Positions 39,946-52,002 of a stretch of DNA of 64,000 bases are shown here, in pieces. Source of the stretch: the human T2T-CHM13v2.0 reference genome, Homo sapiens; NCBI RefSeq assembly GCF_009914755.1, contig NC_060928.1; one strand, written 5' to 3'. Under the pieces are notes generated by a model. That model had not been told where the DNA came from and made no database searches. It was given only the letters and a program-made list of their open reading frames with translations. Each line of letters starts with the position of its first letter. Position 1 is the first letter of the stretch. The position numbers were made by a program, and so were the translations under genes.

Positions 39946-41047
39946 TTTATCTCTTTTCCTTATTGCTCGCCTGGGTATGATCTGCTACGTGACTGCTGCA
40001 TCTGCCCAGCCTGTTGTGAAGGCGGCCAACAGGGAGCACACTGCATCTCATTTCTGTACATCCTTCCTTGGCCCCTTCCCTTTTTCCTCCATCCTCATCA
40101 CCCTGGGTTTGCACCTCCCAAATAACGTGTTAGTTCCTTGATTTGTGCTTCTTTCTGCGGGCCTGGGGCTGGGTCCAATGGGATGCCTTTCCCCTGTTCT
40201 TGGTTTTCAAGAAGGAGAATGTATCTGTGATGTATTCCTGCTCTTCACTGCTCCAGGAAGGTGGAGTGACTCCCATGATAGGCAGATTTGGGAAAGATAA
40301 CTGAGACGTCTTGGCCTAGCTGAGACCTTCCCCTTGAGAGAGGCTGACAGCAGAGGCCAGATGGAGAGGCCTGGCCTGGCCAGGCCAGGGCTGCCTGGAG
40401 CTGGGTAGGCACATCTTCCTTCTCATTCTCAGCCACATTCACTACCCTGGCCTCCACCACTCCGATGGTGATGTTGAGAGATTCCATCTGTTGGCTCCTA
40501 TTTTATTTCAAAAGCGTTGAGCCCTGGGCCAGCTCCAGAGACCCCATTCTCCCCAGGGCCTAGTATGGAGCCCAGGGTCTGGAGCAGAAGAGGAGTCCTG
40601 GGACGAGGACTGTTGTTGTTGTAACTTGATGACAGTCAGGGAGAGGCTGTTTTGCATAGCAACCCCCAATGTGCATTCTACCATCCCAGGGCCTAGAACC
40701 CCCTACCAGGAATCTTCAGCAGGTCCCAGGAAGCAAGAGACCTCAAAGAACTGGCACACTTTTCATCCCCTTTGGCCACACCAATCTGGAACTTTCAGAG
40801 TTGATGTCAGAACCAGAGGCACCCCCCACCAGAAATGCTGAAGGAGCTCTTAGGGCAATTCCACATTGGGCAGTCATGAAAGGGTCTGTCCTGGCAGAGG
40901 GCCAGGCCAGTAGTCACTGACAGAGGGGTGTGCATTGAGAAGCAGCCCCTTGGAATGTGCCTCGGGTGTTACCAGGGCCCCAAATGCACGGTGCTGGCCT
41001 CCACGGGGCCCCACTCATCTGACCTAGGACTTCACCTATATATGGCC

Positions 41048-41245
41048 ATGTACTTTATTTGGGGGTGATCCCAGAAAGCACATGATGGGGCTAGGGAAGG
41101 GAGACAGAGAGGGGAGGAGAGCCAGGAAAAGTGCATTGATGAGGGAGTGGCCTCCACGGACAACTGGAGCTCAGCCCTCCTGGGCACTGGAGGTCCTCAC
41201 AGAGACAGTGCAGAGCCCTCCACAGAACTGTGCCTACACAGGGCC
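41048..41245 (-). mobile_element. LTR33-like (ERVL) LTR remnant
   Basis: tttatttgggggtgatcccagaaagca...gagacagagaggggaggagagcca...ggacaactggagctcag. Confidence 0.55.
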
Positions 41246-41699
41246 TTCCTTCACCTAGTCTTCTCCAACAGTGAGTGAGGGCTGTTCTTGCAGGAACAAA
41301 CTCCCTAGCTTTTCTCGCCTGCCCTGCAAGTGGGCCAGGCTGACTTCCATGACCAGAGTAAGCTCACAGGCTCGAGCCTCAGGGGTGCAGGGGAACTGTT
41401 CAGCAACGGAAACTGAAGCCCTAGGTGGGCCAAGGGGCTGCGAGACACACAGACAGCCGGCATCGTCGGGAGGACAAGAGCGCTGGGTTACCCATGCCAG
41501 ATTTCCCACTTTTGGGGGTGTCCGGGGTGAGGGGGCTGCTCTTTCTGAAGCTGGTTTTCCCCTGAAAGGGGCACAGCCTGTCCCATTCACTCATTTAGAA
41601 CCTGATGGTTGGTGTGGGGAAGGGGATGCGGATTTTTCTCCTGTTGCCCCAAAGACAGTTCCCAAGATAGAGCGACTTCTGAGCAGAGCTCTTCCTCTG

Positions 41700-42125
41700 C
41701 TGCAAAACGTTATGGCTGTGCGATTCATAATTGGAGCAGTCATCTCTGACCAATGCGATGGGGCTGCTTCCAAGAGCTTAACCAACCAATTCGTCCAGGG
41801 GGAAGGAAATGAATGCTTTCCTTAATGTGTGGCTATCTGGGAGCCGCGGATGGGCACTGCCTGTGTTATTAACGACAATCAGACTGTTATTAATTTATAT
41901 TCCGCCTCTTAAAGGAAAACCTATGTGTGCAGAGACCATGAGGGAACACCTTGCTGCTCATTTGCTTTCCAAGTCTATCTGAATTATTCAGGCCTGCTAA
42001 TGAATTTGTCTTGTCCAGGGCTCTTCCATATTGTCTAGACAGATTTCAGAGAGTTAATAGCAGAGTAAATCCTGCAGTCTGGCCGGCCAGACAAAAATAG
42101 TTTCATATAATTATGTCGTTTCCTA
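41700..42125. promoter_or_regulatory. Candidate enhancer with SMAD palindromes
   Basis: GTCTAGAC (42033-42040), palindrome GTCTGGCCGGCCAGAC (42077-42092) and several TAAT cores in unique AT-richer sequence. Confidence 0.45.
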
Positions 42126-42266
42126 AAGAGGTGATTTCCTGGCTGAGACCTGGGGGGTGTGGTCAGGATGCGTAGACATTTGCATGGACGCGTGGACATT
42201 TGCATATTTCTCACTGGAGCTGAGACACTGGGCAGGGAAATTCCGACTGAAGTCATCTGAGTGGAA

Positions 42267-42536
<270 letters not shown>

Positions 42537-42958
42537 GGCATCCCTGAGGAGCACGGAGGAGGATGAGAGCCATCAGCTGTCCAGAAACACAGGATGAGAG
42601 CTGTCAAGCGTCCAGAAACAACTGCAGCAGCCCGGGTTGAGGGTGCTTCCAGCTTGGAAAGATGTCTGCTTGTCCTCAGTTTCCCCATCACATCAAACCA
42701 ACAGGCATTCATCGTGCAGGCACTGGGCTGAATTCTGGGGACGCAGAGGCTGTAAGGTGCAGGTGCCATCACTGCATTGTCGCAGGAGGTTCTGCCCAGG
42801 GCTGCCTCGGTGTTGGGTGGTAGCTGCATCTCTGAGGCATCCGGAAGCTTGGAGGGGAGGTCAGGGTGCAGGAGGCAGGAAGGGCTGTTCTCGGCCTCAG
42901 GAGCAGCGGGACCTGGAATAAGCCTGGGAGACGTGTCCAAAAGGCCCAGAAATCTGGG

Positions 42959-43340
42959 TGTTTCAGGCTGAACCGCGTCCCTCCAAAATTCGCATGTGGA
43001 AGTCCTAACTCTCAGGACCTCAGGATGTGATCGCATTTGGAGAAAGGGTTTTTAGGGAGGAGATTAAGTCAAAATGGGGTCACAAGGGTGGGGTCTGATC
43101 CAACCTGCCTGGAGTCCTCATAAGAAGAGATTAGGACACAGGCATGCACAGGGAAGATCAAGGGAGGACACGGGGAGACTGTGACATCTGCAAGCCGGGA
43201 GAGAGGCCTTGGAGGAACCAGCTCTGCCTGCTGGCGGCTGGACATCGGGCTTCCAGCCTCTGGACTGTGATGGTGCATTCTGTGGCGTAGGCCTCCCCAT
43301 CTGCAGGACTGTGCCATGGCAGCCCCAGGAGATGCGTGCC
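42959..43340 (+). mobile_element. MLT1B-like MaLR solo LTR
   Basis: ccaaaattcgcatgtggaagtcctaac...gtcctcataagaagagattaggacaca...catctgcaagccgggagagaggcct...cttccagcctctggactgtga. Confidence 0.85.
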
Positions 43341-43818
43341 GTGGGAATAGGAAGCCCAGCCCTGTGGCCCCGCCAGCATATTCCGCCTCCTCCGTCTCAG
43401 CCAGAGCCCTTCGGGCCCATCCAGACTGCAGTTCAAACCCAAGCGTGTCTCCACCTGAACCTATGCCCGCCCTCAGCCCAGATGAGTTGGGGGCTCCAGG
43501 CTGGCGAGACAGCTGAGCGTCTGCCTCCCTCTGCACAGTGCGGTGATTTCGCCCTGATGGTTAAGTGGAGCGCTTAGCTCCTAATTGCTGTAATGGTGCT
43601 CGGGGAGGGCCCTCGTGGTGGGCGGATCAGGTGTGAGCCCAGAGTAGGCACAGTGGTTGGAGTCAGTGGCCAGCTACCCCCTGCCCCCTACCCCGCCTGC
43701 AGCAGATGAAATACAGCCTTGCCACAGGCCTGCAGGCAAGGCGGAGAGAGTGGGCTGGGCTGCCAGGCCAATGGTGGCCACCCGGCACCTCTACCCAGCA
43801 GCCGGGAGGCAGAGGGTC

Positions 43819-44060
43819 TCATTCATTCATTCACTCATCCACCCATTCATTCAGGGAAGACACAGGCTGGGGGCTGCTGTGCGCCCCACACTGTACAGGG
43901 CACTTGGCACAGATTGACTCAGTTTATTTTTCTGATGGGCCTTGGGGGCATTCACTTCATGTCACAGCTGATGCAGATTGGGCCAAGGGAAGCTAAGTCA
44001 CTTGTCCAAGATCTCCTGGCAAGAGGAGCTGGGACTCAAGCACCAGCAGCCTGGGTGGCT
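43819..44060 (-). mobile_element. L2 (TTCA)n tail followed by MIR remnant
   Basis: cattcattcattcactcatccacccattcattca, then ccaagggaagctaagtcacttgtccaagatc...gagctgggactcaa. Confidence 0.5.
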
Positions 44061-44173
44061 CCAGAGACTGTGCTCCCAGCAGGCAGCACAGCCTCAGCCA
44101 GGCAGGCAAGGCCCTGCAGACAGGCGGTGAGGGCCTGCAGCAGCCCGGCCTCTGTCCCGCAAGGCTGGAGCTC

Positions 44174-44231
44174 AGGGAGGTAGGAAGCGAGGAGGCGCCC
44201 AGAGGGAGGTAGGAAGCGAGGAGGTGCCCAG
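44174..44231 (+). repeat. 29-bp tandem duplication
   Basis: agggaggtaggaagcgaggagg(c/t)gcccag twice, with one mismatch. Confidence 0.95.
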
Positions 44232-46974
44232 GAGCCATGCCCAGAACTCCCGCCTTCCAGCTCATGGCCCACCTCCTGCGTGTTCTTACCTGGGCCCGGG
44301 ATCCACCGGCGTTCCCAGCCCCAGAGAGGAGCAGCTGTGGAGGGCTGGGCCCTGGGGCTGCACTGGGAGGCCTGAGCGCTGAGTCCCCCAGCAGATGGTC
44401 CAGCCTTGGGGCCTTTGGCCACGCTGCCTCCCCTGATGCCCTCCCTGACCACCGGCTGCAGCACCGCTCCGAAACCATGCACACAACGTACTGCTATGTA
44501 TTTCTTTGCTTACTCATTGCTGTCTTTCTCCTTCCCAAAGCACGAAAGTTCTGCCAGAGCACAGCTGCTGCCTGTCTTGTTCTCTGGCATCATCCAGGCC
44601 AGGACAGCACCCAGACCAGGATGATGTCCAGCACAGCTACCACGGTGCAGACTCCCGTCCCATGTGAGTGGTGGGGACGCTCCTAGCTGGAGCACGTCCC
44701 ACCCTATCCTGACTGACATGGGGTTGCTTCCTAAGGTGGGGAGCTAAAGGCGGTGTCATAGAGCAGAAACTGCGCACCGAGAGACACAGCCAGGCTGTCA
44801 TCCCCAACATCTTCCCAGGGAGCCGGGCCCTCACCCTGAAGTCTGCTGAACAAAGCTTTTAGCCTCCCAATAGGTGTTTGCTGATCTCAAGCTCCACAGA
44901 GCAGTGCTTTCCTCTCCTGGTGAATCATAATTACTTTCCTAGCACTGTGAGGGCCCTTTGTACAGAAGTAAGTGAATAACATACGTGCTTTGAAATGTCT
45001 TGGACATACTCGATGCCAGGCCTTCCATTGGCGTTTCCCTCTGTGCTTGCTGTTAATGAAGCCGGTGAAGTGGCCTTCCAGTGTGGCCCTGGCGGGGCAC
45101 CCAGTCTCGGTGAATTAGACGCAGCAGCAGGCGGATACCGTGCCAGCTTCCTGAGCAGTCTCCAAATCGGCATTCGCCAGTTTTACCTCCTGCTGCTGGA
45201 TTTAGGAGTTTAATTGAGGTTTTCTTTTTTCCAGGTTTTCAGTTACCCCTCCTCATTGTCTCGAGCCTCTAAACAAAATTGAGAGCTAAACAAATTACAA
45301 AGTTTTATAAAAGCCCTTTTTGAACATTCCTAAGCATGAAAGGATGGAGGGAGAAAAGGAAGAAGCACAGGGAGAGATGTCTGCAGAAGGAAGAGGAGCC
45401 TGGGGCTTGCAGCACCTCCTGGACAGGCCTGTGTGGGGAAGCCCAGGAGGACCCTGAGAAGGAACCCAGGGGAGCAGGGGTGCAGAACCGCACGTGTCAC
45501 CCCCTCTAAAGAGGCCCCAAGAGTGCACCTGAGCTGAAATTAATGGGGCATGGGCAACACGGGTGGGACAGGGGCCGGCAGAGCCCGAGTGAGCAACTGG
45601 ATGGGTCCTATGAGTGCAGGCTGGGCAGGGGGAGGGTGGAGTGGGCTGGGGCCTTGGGGACTTGCAGCTGTGGGCTAGGTTCTCCGGTCAAAGGAGCAGA
45701 GGGTGGTCCCACAGTGAGGGCTGAGCCTTAGGAAGAGCTGGCAGCAAGTGCAGATAGAGCTTCAGAAACAGGGCCACTGGCAGTGTCCTCTGGCCTCACC
45801 TCTCCCCAGCTCTACCACACCTTCCTTCCCAGCTGGGTACAGTGGTCCCCCTGCCCCCGCCCAGTCCCTGATGGCGCCGGAGTCCTTTGCAGGCCACAAC
45901 TCTCGCTTTTGTCCACCCTCCTCCCAGGGGAAGGGAGCGAGCATGAGTCAGGCCTTCCGTGTGCTGTACCACCCAGTAGGCGCAGCCGGCTTCCACAGCT
46001 CGCAGAGCGCATGTCTCTTGCTGGAGCCACTGGATCCAAATCCAGGCCCTTGCCTCCGTGCCCGAGCTCTGACTCCCGTCTCACAGGCACTCGGTAAAGG
46101 CTGAATGAATCAACAGATGCACCAGCAGTGTGTGTTCATGAGAGTCGTTGTGAAAAGCCAGTCTTCTTTAATTAATGACTCGCCTATAATTGCCATTCTA
46201 GTGCGCTACGTGCCGCCGTCTGTGATGGGCTTTCCAGACCAATTTTGGCGTCAGCGGCCTAATGTGGGCACGCTGTGCCTGCGCACCCAGGGGCCCAAGT
46301 GCCCCATCCATCAGCCTGCCTCCTGCAGCCCCAGCCGCCCGGATCAATACCCTCTCCCACACCCAGGCTGGGGCTGCACCCTCAGTCTGCCCCTCATGGT
46401 GGGCCACCCTCCCTGGCGCACGACACTCCTGGCTTGTTCCCAAGGTGTCAGCATTTCCTTTGTGCTAGACTAGGGGTCTCAGAAAGGGCCCGCCCCTCGA
46501 GCTGGTCAGGGGCCAGGCATGTGGCCCCTCTGCGATGTGGCCCCTCTGCAACCTGATCCCCGTGGACGTCCTGGGCCTGCCTTCCCTCAGCCCCTTCCCC
46601 TTTCCACTATTCACTCCACCTCCTGCTTGCTGCGCTGCCCCCAGCCCCCATGGCTCAACGCTCTGCTCTGTCCCTGGGGAATTCGTGCTTCCAGACTCAG
46701 CCCCTTTCATTGGAGGTGTCTCCCAGGGAGGCATCCCCCTGTCTCCAAGGTAAGCCCTGCCCTGCCAGCCCCGGAAGCACTCACCACTCCCCCAGATGCC
46801 TCTGCGGCTTCAGCCTGTCTGGGTCCCCAGTGCCTGGAACCAGGACTCAATGTTGAGGAATGACGACATCAGCCAGTGTGGGTGGGGGTTGGGGTGGCCC
46901 ACGGTCAGATCCCACGGATTCATCCTCCAGCAGCACACAGCTTGGCAGGTGAAGGGAGGCCCAGCAGGCAGCTA

Positions 46975-47397
46975 ACTGTGTTCTTGTCCCCAAAAGATAA
47001 CTGTGTTTCCCCAGAAGAGATCTTCAACCCCCGAGACCCAAGAATGTGATCTTATTTGGAATGATAGCCTCTGCAAATGTCATCAGATTAAGATGAGGTC
47101 ACACTGGATGGTGTCCTTAGAGGAAGAGAAGGAGATACACAGGAGACAAGTCCGAGTGAGGGCAGAGGCAAAGGCTGGAGTGGTGCCGCTGCCAGCCAAG
47201 GAGTGCCAAGGGTGGACGACTGCGTCCAGGTGGGTGACATAAAGGAGGAGCCCCCGCTGGAGCCTGCAGAGGGAGCACGGCACTGCTGACACGGTGATTT
47301 TGGACTTCAGACCTTCAGACGGTGAGAGAATCAATGTCTGTGCTTTAAGCCATGCAGTTGGTGGTCCTTTGCCATGGCAGCCCAAGCAAGCTAATCC
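46975..47397 (+). mobile_element. MLT1C-like MaLR solo LTR
   Basis: agaatgtgatcttatttggaa...ttaagatgaggtcacactggat...agccaaggagtgccaagg...ttttggacttcagaccttcaga...ggcagcccaagcaagctaat. Confidence 0.85.
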
Positions 47398-47402
47398 CCC
47401 TA

Positions 47403-47870
47403 CCAGTGCCCTGCCCTAGCCAGGCAGCCCTGCACCCCACACCAGGCCCCCTCCATCACGACCAGCATCACTATAACCCCCCCAGTGCCCCAACCTGACC
47501 AGGCAGTCCGGACCTCACATCAATCTCACTGCCTCACCACCAGCGTCACCATCCCCCTCCCAGTGACCCACCCCAGCCAGGCAGCCCTGCACCCCACACC
47601 AGGCCCCCTCCATCATGACCAGCATCACTATACCCCCTCCCAGTGCCCTACCCCGACCAGGCAGCCCCAGACCCCACACCAATCTCACTCCCTCACCACC
47701 AGCATCACCATACCCCCTGCCAGTGGCCTGCCCCAACCAAGTAGTCCAGACCCCACACCAATCTCACTCCCTCACCACCAGCATCACCATACCTCCTCCC
47801 AGTGCCCCACCCCAACCGGGCAGCCCCAGACCCTACACCAGTCCCCCTCCATCACCACCACTGTCACCCT
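47403..47870 (+). repeat. C-rich minisatellite, about 79-80 bp unit, about 6 copies
   Basis: Units begin with CCAGTG at 47403, 47482, 47560, 47640, 47720 and 47799; they share ggcagccc and ccagcatcac motifs. Confidence 0.93.
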
Positions 47871-47913
47871 GCTCTGGGCTCTGGCTACTGGCTGTGACAT
47901 CCATCTCTTAACC

Positions 47914-48409
47914 CAGCAGTCCCCAACCTTTTTGGCACCAGGGACCATTTTCTGGAAGATAATTTTTCTATGGATGGTGGGGAGTTGGGGGGCACAGAGG
48001 ATGGTTTTGGGATGATTCAAGCACATTCTATTTCTTGTGCACTTTATTATAATATAGAATGAAATAATTATACAACTCACCATAATATAGAATCAGTGGG
48101 AGGCCTGAGCTTGTTTTCCTGCTACTAGATAGATGGTCCCATCTGGGGTGATGGAAGGCAGAGACAGATCATCAGGCATTAGATTCTCATATGCTCAGCA
48201 TAGATCCTTCACATGTGAAGGTCATAATAGGGTTCACATTCCTGAGAATCTAATGCTGCCACTGATCTGACAGGAGGTGGAGCTCAGGCGGTAATGCAAG
48301 CAATGGGGAGTGGCTGTAAATACAGAGGAAGCTTTGCTCACTTGCCTGCCACTCACCTCCTGCTGTGTGGCCCAGTCCTGGCCCATGGCCCCGGGGTTGG
48401 GGACCCCTG
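47914..48409 (-). mobile_element. MER1A (hAT-Charlie) DNA transposon
   Basis: TIRs cagcagtccccaacc...ggttggggacccctg; perfect 8-bp TSD TCTTAACC (47906-47913, 48410-48417). Confidence 0.93.
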
Positions 48410-49097
48410 TCTTAACCACTGTCCTTGACTTCACACCTCTGCCATCCTTAAAACCAAAAGTATCTTCCATCCTCCAACTCCCTGGGTCATGAATGCACTG
48501 GGTCCCTCTCTGGCTCCATCTCCCCTCACATCTCTTCCTGTTCCTGCCATCTGGCTATGCTTCTTCTGGTATCCTCATCATGCTGGCCCCTCTGCCTGAA
48601 ATGTCCTTCCCATTTTCAACTGCAAACTCCTACTCATCCTTCAAAACCCAACCCAGACCACCTCCTCTGAGTAGAGCTAACGAAGCAGGAGGACTGTCTT
48701 ATCAGCTCTGTGAATGGGGTGTCATCTCATCATATAGTTTAATGTCCTAATGTCAAACCCAGCAAATTAGGACCAGTCCCTTTACCCCACTGAGTCTCAC
48801 AGTCCTCTTAACAACTGTTTAATGAACAACTGGTTTGAACCACCTGCTGGAAGGTTTTGGATCTCTCTATACTAAACATCTTGATTTACTTCTCAGAGTC
48901 CTTAATCCCAGTAATGATTTTTTAAAAAATTTTAGCCCAGCTTTTGAGAGAAAGAAAAGACATGAAAGAGTACATGTTAACATCAGGGGCATAGTTAATG
49001 AGCAGAAACCTACTAGGAAGGATCCTAGAGTGGCCAGTCTGTCCAATCCAATTTCTCTAGTCTAAGATAGAAATCGCTGGTTTTGTTGCTGTGTAAC

Positions 49098-49454
49098 TGA
49101 TATAGTTTGGCTGTGTCCCCACCCAAATCTTATCTTGAATTGTAGCTCCCACAAATCCCATGTGTTGTAGGAGGGACCAAGTTGGAGGTAATTGAATTAT
49201 GGAGGTGAGTCTTTCCCATGCTGGTCTCATCGTAGTGAATAAGTCTCATGAGACCTGATGGTTTTATAAATGGGAGTTCTCCTACACAAGTTCTCTCTTG
49301 TCAGCAGCCAGGTAAGACGTGCCTTTCACCTTCTGCCATGATTGTGAGGCCTCCCCAGCCACATGGAACTGTGAGTCCATTAAACCTTTTTTACTTTATA
49401 AATTACCCAGTCTCGAGTATGTCTTTATCAGCAGCGTAAACATGGATTAATTCA
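49098..49454 (+). mobile_element. THE1 (THE1B/C-like) MaLR solo LTR
   Basis: tgatatagtttggctgtgtccccacccaaatct...ccattaaacc...gcagcgtaaacatggattaattca; perfect 5-bp TSD GTAAC (49093-49097, 49455-49459). Confidence 0.95.
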
Positions 49455-49489
49455 GTAACTTTTTAGTTATTTAGTTAAGTTCCATTATT

Positions 49490-49570
49490 CTTCTTATAAT
49501 GGCTCTGTGAGGTAGGGGCTATTCTCCTGCCATTTTACAGATAAGGAAACTGGGGCTTCCAGAAGTAGTC
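49490..49570 (-). mobile_element. MIR remnant
   Basis: ctctgtgaggtagggg...ccattttacagataaggaaactgggg. Confidence 0.65.
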
Positions 49571-50659
49571 TGCCCTGGCCTCAGGGCTGGGCAGCCTTGG
49601 CAGGGGTGCACAGTCAGGTAAGAAAGACACAGGTAAGAAAGGTAAATGAAGTGGAGGGGGTTAAGTGAAGTGTGGAGGCTGCAGGGGACCACATGGGGAC
49701 ACCTAGTCCAGACTTGGGAGTCAGGGGGCTTCTCTGGAGAGCAGCATTGAAGCCGTGACCTACAGGAGGAACGAGCAGGAGCCAGAGAGATGAGGGTGCA
49801 GAGCTCCCAGGTGTCAGGAGTGATGTGTGTGGTCCCAGCACAGGTCACGCCACTGTAAGACCTATGCGGCCAAGTCCAGGAGGGAGTGAGGTGGTGCCCC
49901 CTCCCTCGAGTGGAGTCTCAAGTAGAGATGAGAGAGGAAGGCACCATGAATGTCCTCGCACCCAGGTGCCTGGCACATGGTTGGTGCTCTGTAAGTTATC
50001 TTTCAGTCAAATTGAACTCGCCGGCGAGTGACCTAGCAATTGAAAAGTGAGCCTTAGATCGGATCAGAATCTTTGACCTCACTTCCGGGAACTGGGAATC
50101 ACGCAGCAAGGCCAGACCACGCGTGAAGGGTGTGGGGGAGGCACTCCCAGGGCACTGACCCCCTGTCATGCTCACTGCACTCCACCAGGCGGCAGGCACT
50201 GGGGCCCTGGACCAGCCTCCAGCTGAACCCCATGCCCAGCCTTCCGGGGACACAGCCTGCACCTGCTCACCAGCAACATGGCTCCCCAGGTTCCAGGCCT
50301 ACCTTGGCACTAATGTTCCCCACCTCCACGGTGAGGTTGTCTCTCCTTCTGGTCCTCAGTTTCCCTGGCTGTCAAGTGAAGAGGATTCCCTAAGATGGTC
50401 CCCCAGTGCCATCCAGCTCCCACAGGCCCTGATCTTCTGTAGGCCCCTTTTGCTCTTTCAGGACTTCTCTATGTGTCCTTTATTGAGAGCTTTGCTACTA
50501 GGCCGTTTGTATTTTCTGAAGCTGTTCTCTCCCCTGAGCAAATGTGCTTCCCTCCTGTGCCATCTCTCCCCTGCCTCCAACTCACGGTATTGATATTCAA
50601 ACAAAAATAGCTCCTATCCCTCTGCCCACATCACCAGATGCACAGAAATGCAGAGTTAC

Positions 50660-51090
50660 TTCCCGAGGCAATTAATCCCATTAACAAGCAATAGTTCACA
50701 GCCTTCAACCGGGAGGCCGCCTTCATTACAGACTGTTAACCAAGATCTTCCTTAATCCCATGCAAGGCGTGCAGGCTGCTGCTGGGACACCCAGACACCA
50801 GCGGCCCTGGGATTAACTGCTGCCCCCATCCCACCACAGCACCCCACGTCCGCACACAGCCCTTCCAGCATCCCTGGGCACCGACGCCAGGGCTGGGCAC
50901 ATGGCAGCTGTACGGGGGTCCCCTCAACATTCAGCGGATGTCAACAGCCCACTCCTGATTGGGAGTGATTGTTTTCAGCATGGAGTCAGCCCGGACTGGA
51001 TTTATCAAACTGTTAACTGTGCTTATCGCAAATCACTTTAATGATGTGTTAACATTTAATTAGATCGCTACCGAATGCTTCAGATTACAC
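50660..51090. promoter_or_regulatory. Candidate enhancer with clustered K50-homeodomain sites
   Basis: TTAATCCCA at 50672-50680 and 50752-50760, and on the reverse strand at 50808-50816; TAATTA and AGATTA nearby. Confidence 0.5.
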
Positions 51091-52002
51091 GTACGGCCGG
51101 TGAACCTGACCATCAGAGCAAAGAGAGTCACAGAAAATGGGATCCTTGCCCCCAGCCCCAGCTGGACAGGCGGTCCTGGGCTTGGCAAGCCAGCCCATTT
51201 TGGGGGGAAGTTTCTTGGCATCTGCTTTACGTCTCTGGTGAGGCCATAAGGCGTGCAGTGGGCATTGTCGTGGAAACCGTGCACATCCTGGAAAAAAGAA
51301 GTCTGCTCATGTTCACGCCGCGTGGCTGTGTTACGTGTCCGCTGTCTGCAAGGCACAGAGTTGATGCTTTGAGGGACCCTGAAATGGAGAAAACATGGAC
51401 CCTACCCTTGAAAAGATAGGCTCACAGAGCAGAAAGAAAATTCCTGTTCCTGCACCCAGGCCCATGCTGAGCAGGGGGCGGCCCCCGCTCCTACTGCTCA
51501 GCTAGGAAGGCGTTTTATCTGCATTTTACAAACAGGGAGATCAAGGCTCACAGAAGTGGTTGTTTACTCCTTGTGGAGGCTCCACGAGGGCAGGAGGGGA
51601 AAGGTCTTGGGTGAACAAATGCTCGCTCGGCCAGGCTGGGGCCAGCGCTGCAGGCCCGGGAAGCAGAACCAAGGGGCTTCAAGCTGTGCTGTAGGCAACC
51701 ACGGAGGGGCTTTGAGGCAGGGGTCGGGGTGACGCAGTCCAACCCACGTTTTCAAGATCCTAAGAAACAAAATGTTCATTATCCTCACGATTTGGAAATA
51801 GGAAATCCAGGTCTGTGCTATGACCCCACGGTGTGTCTGATGCCCTGTGTAGCAGGTTGGGTGTTGGCCCGTGAGTGTCAAATGCCTCCTCTTCTTTGGG
51901 TCATTGGTTCATTGATAATTATTGAGTTATTGAATCATTGATTCACTTGCTGGGAATCTGCTGGGCATGGACGGTGCCCACGAGAAGCGCTCTCTCCATC
52001 TC

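Noticed and set aside
47403-48015. CRISPR-like periodicity and a 176-aa Pro/Thr/His ORF
   Set aside because: The whole unit is repeated with no unique spacers, the context is eukaryotic and there are no cas genes; the ORF is repeat translation running into MER1A.
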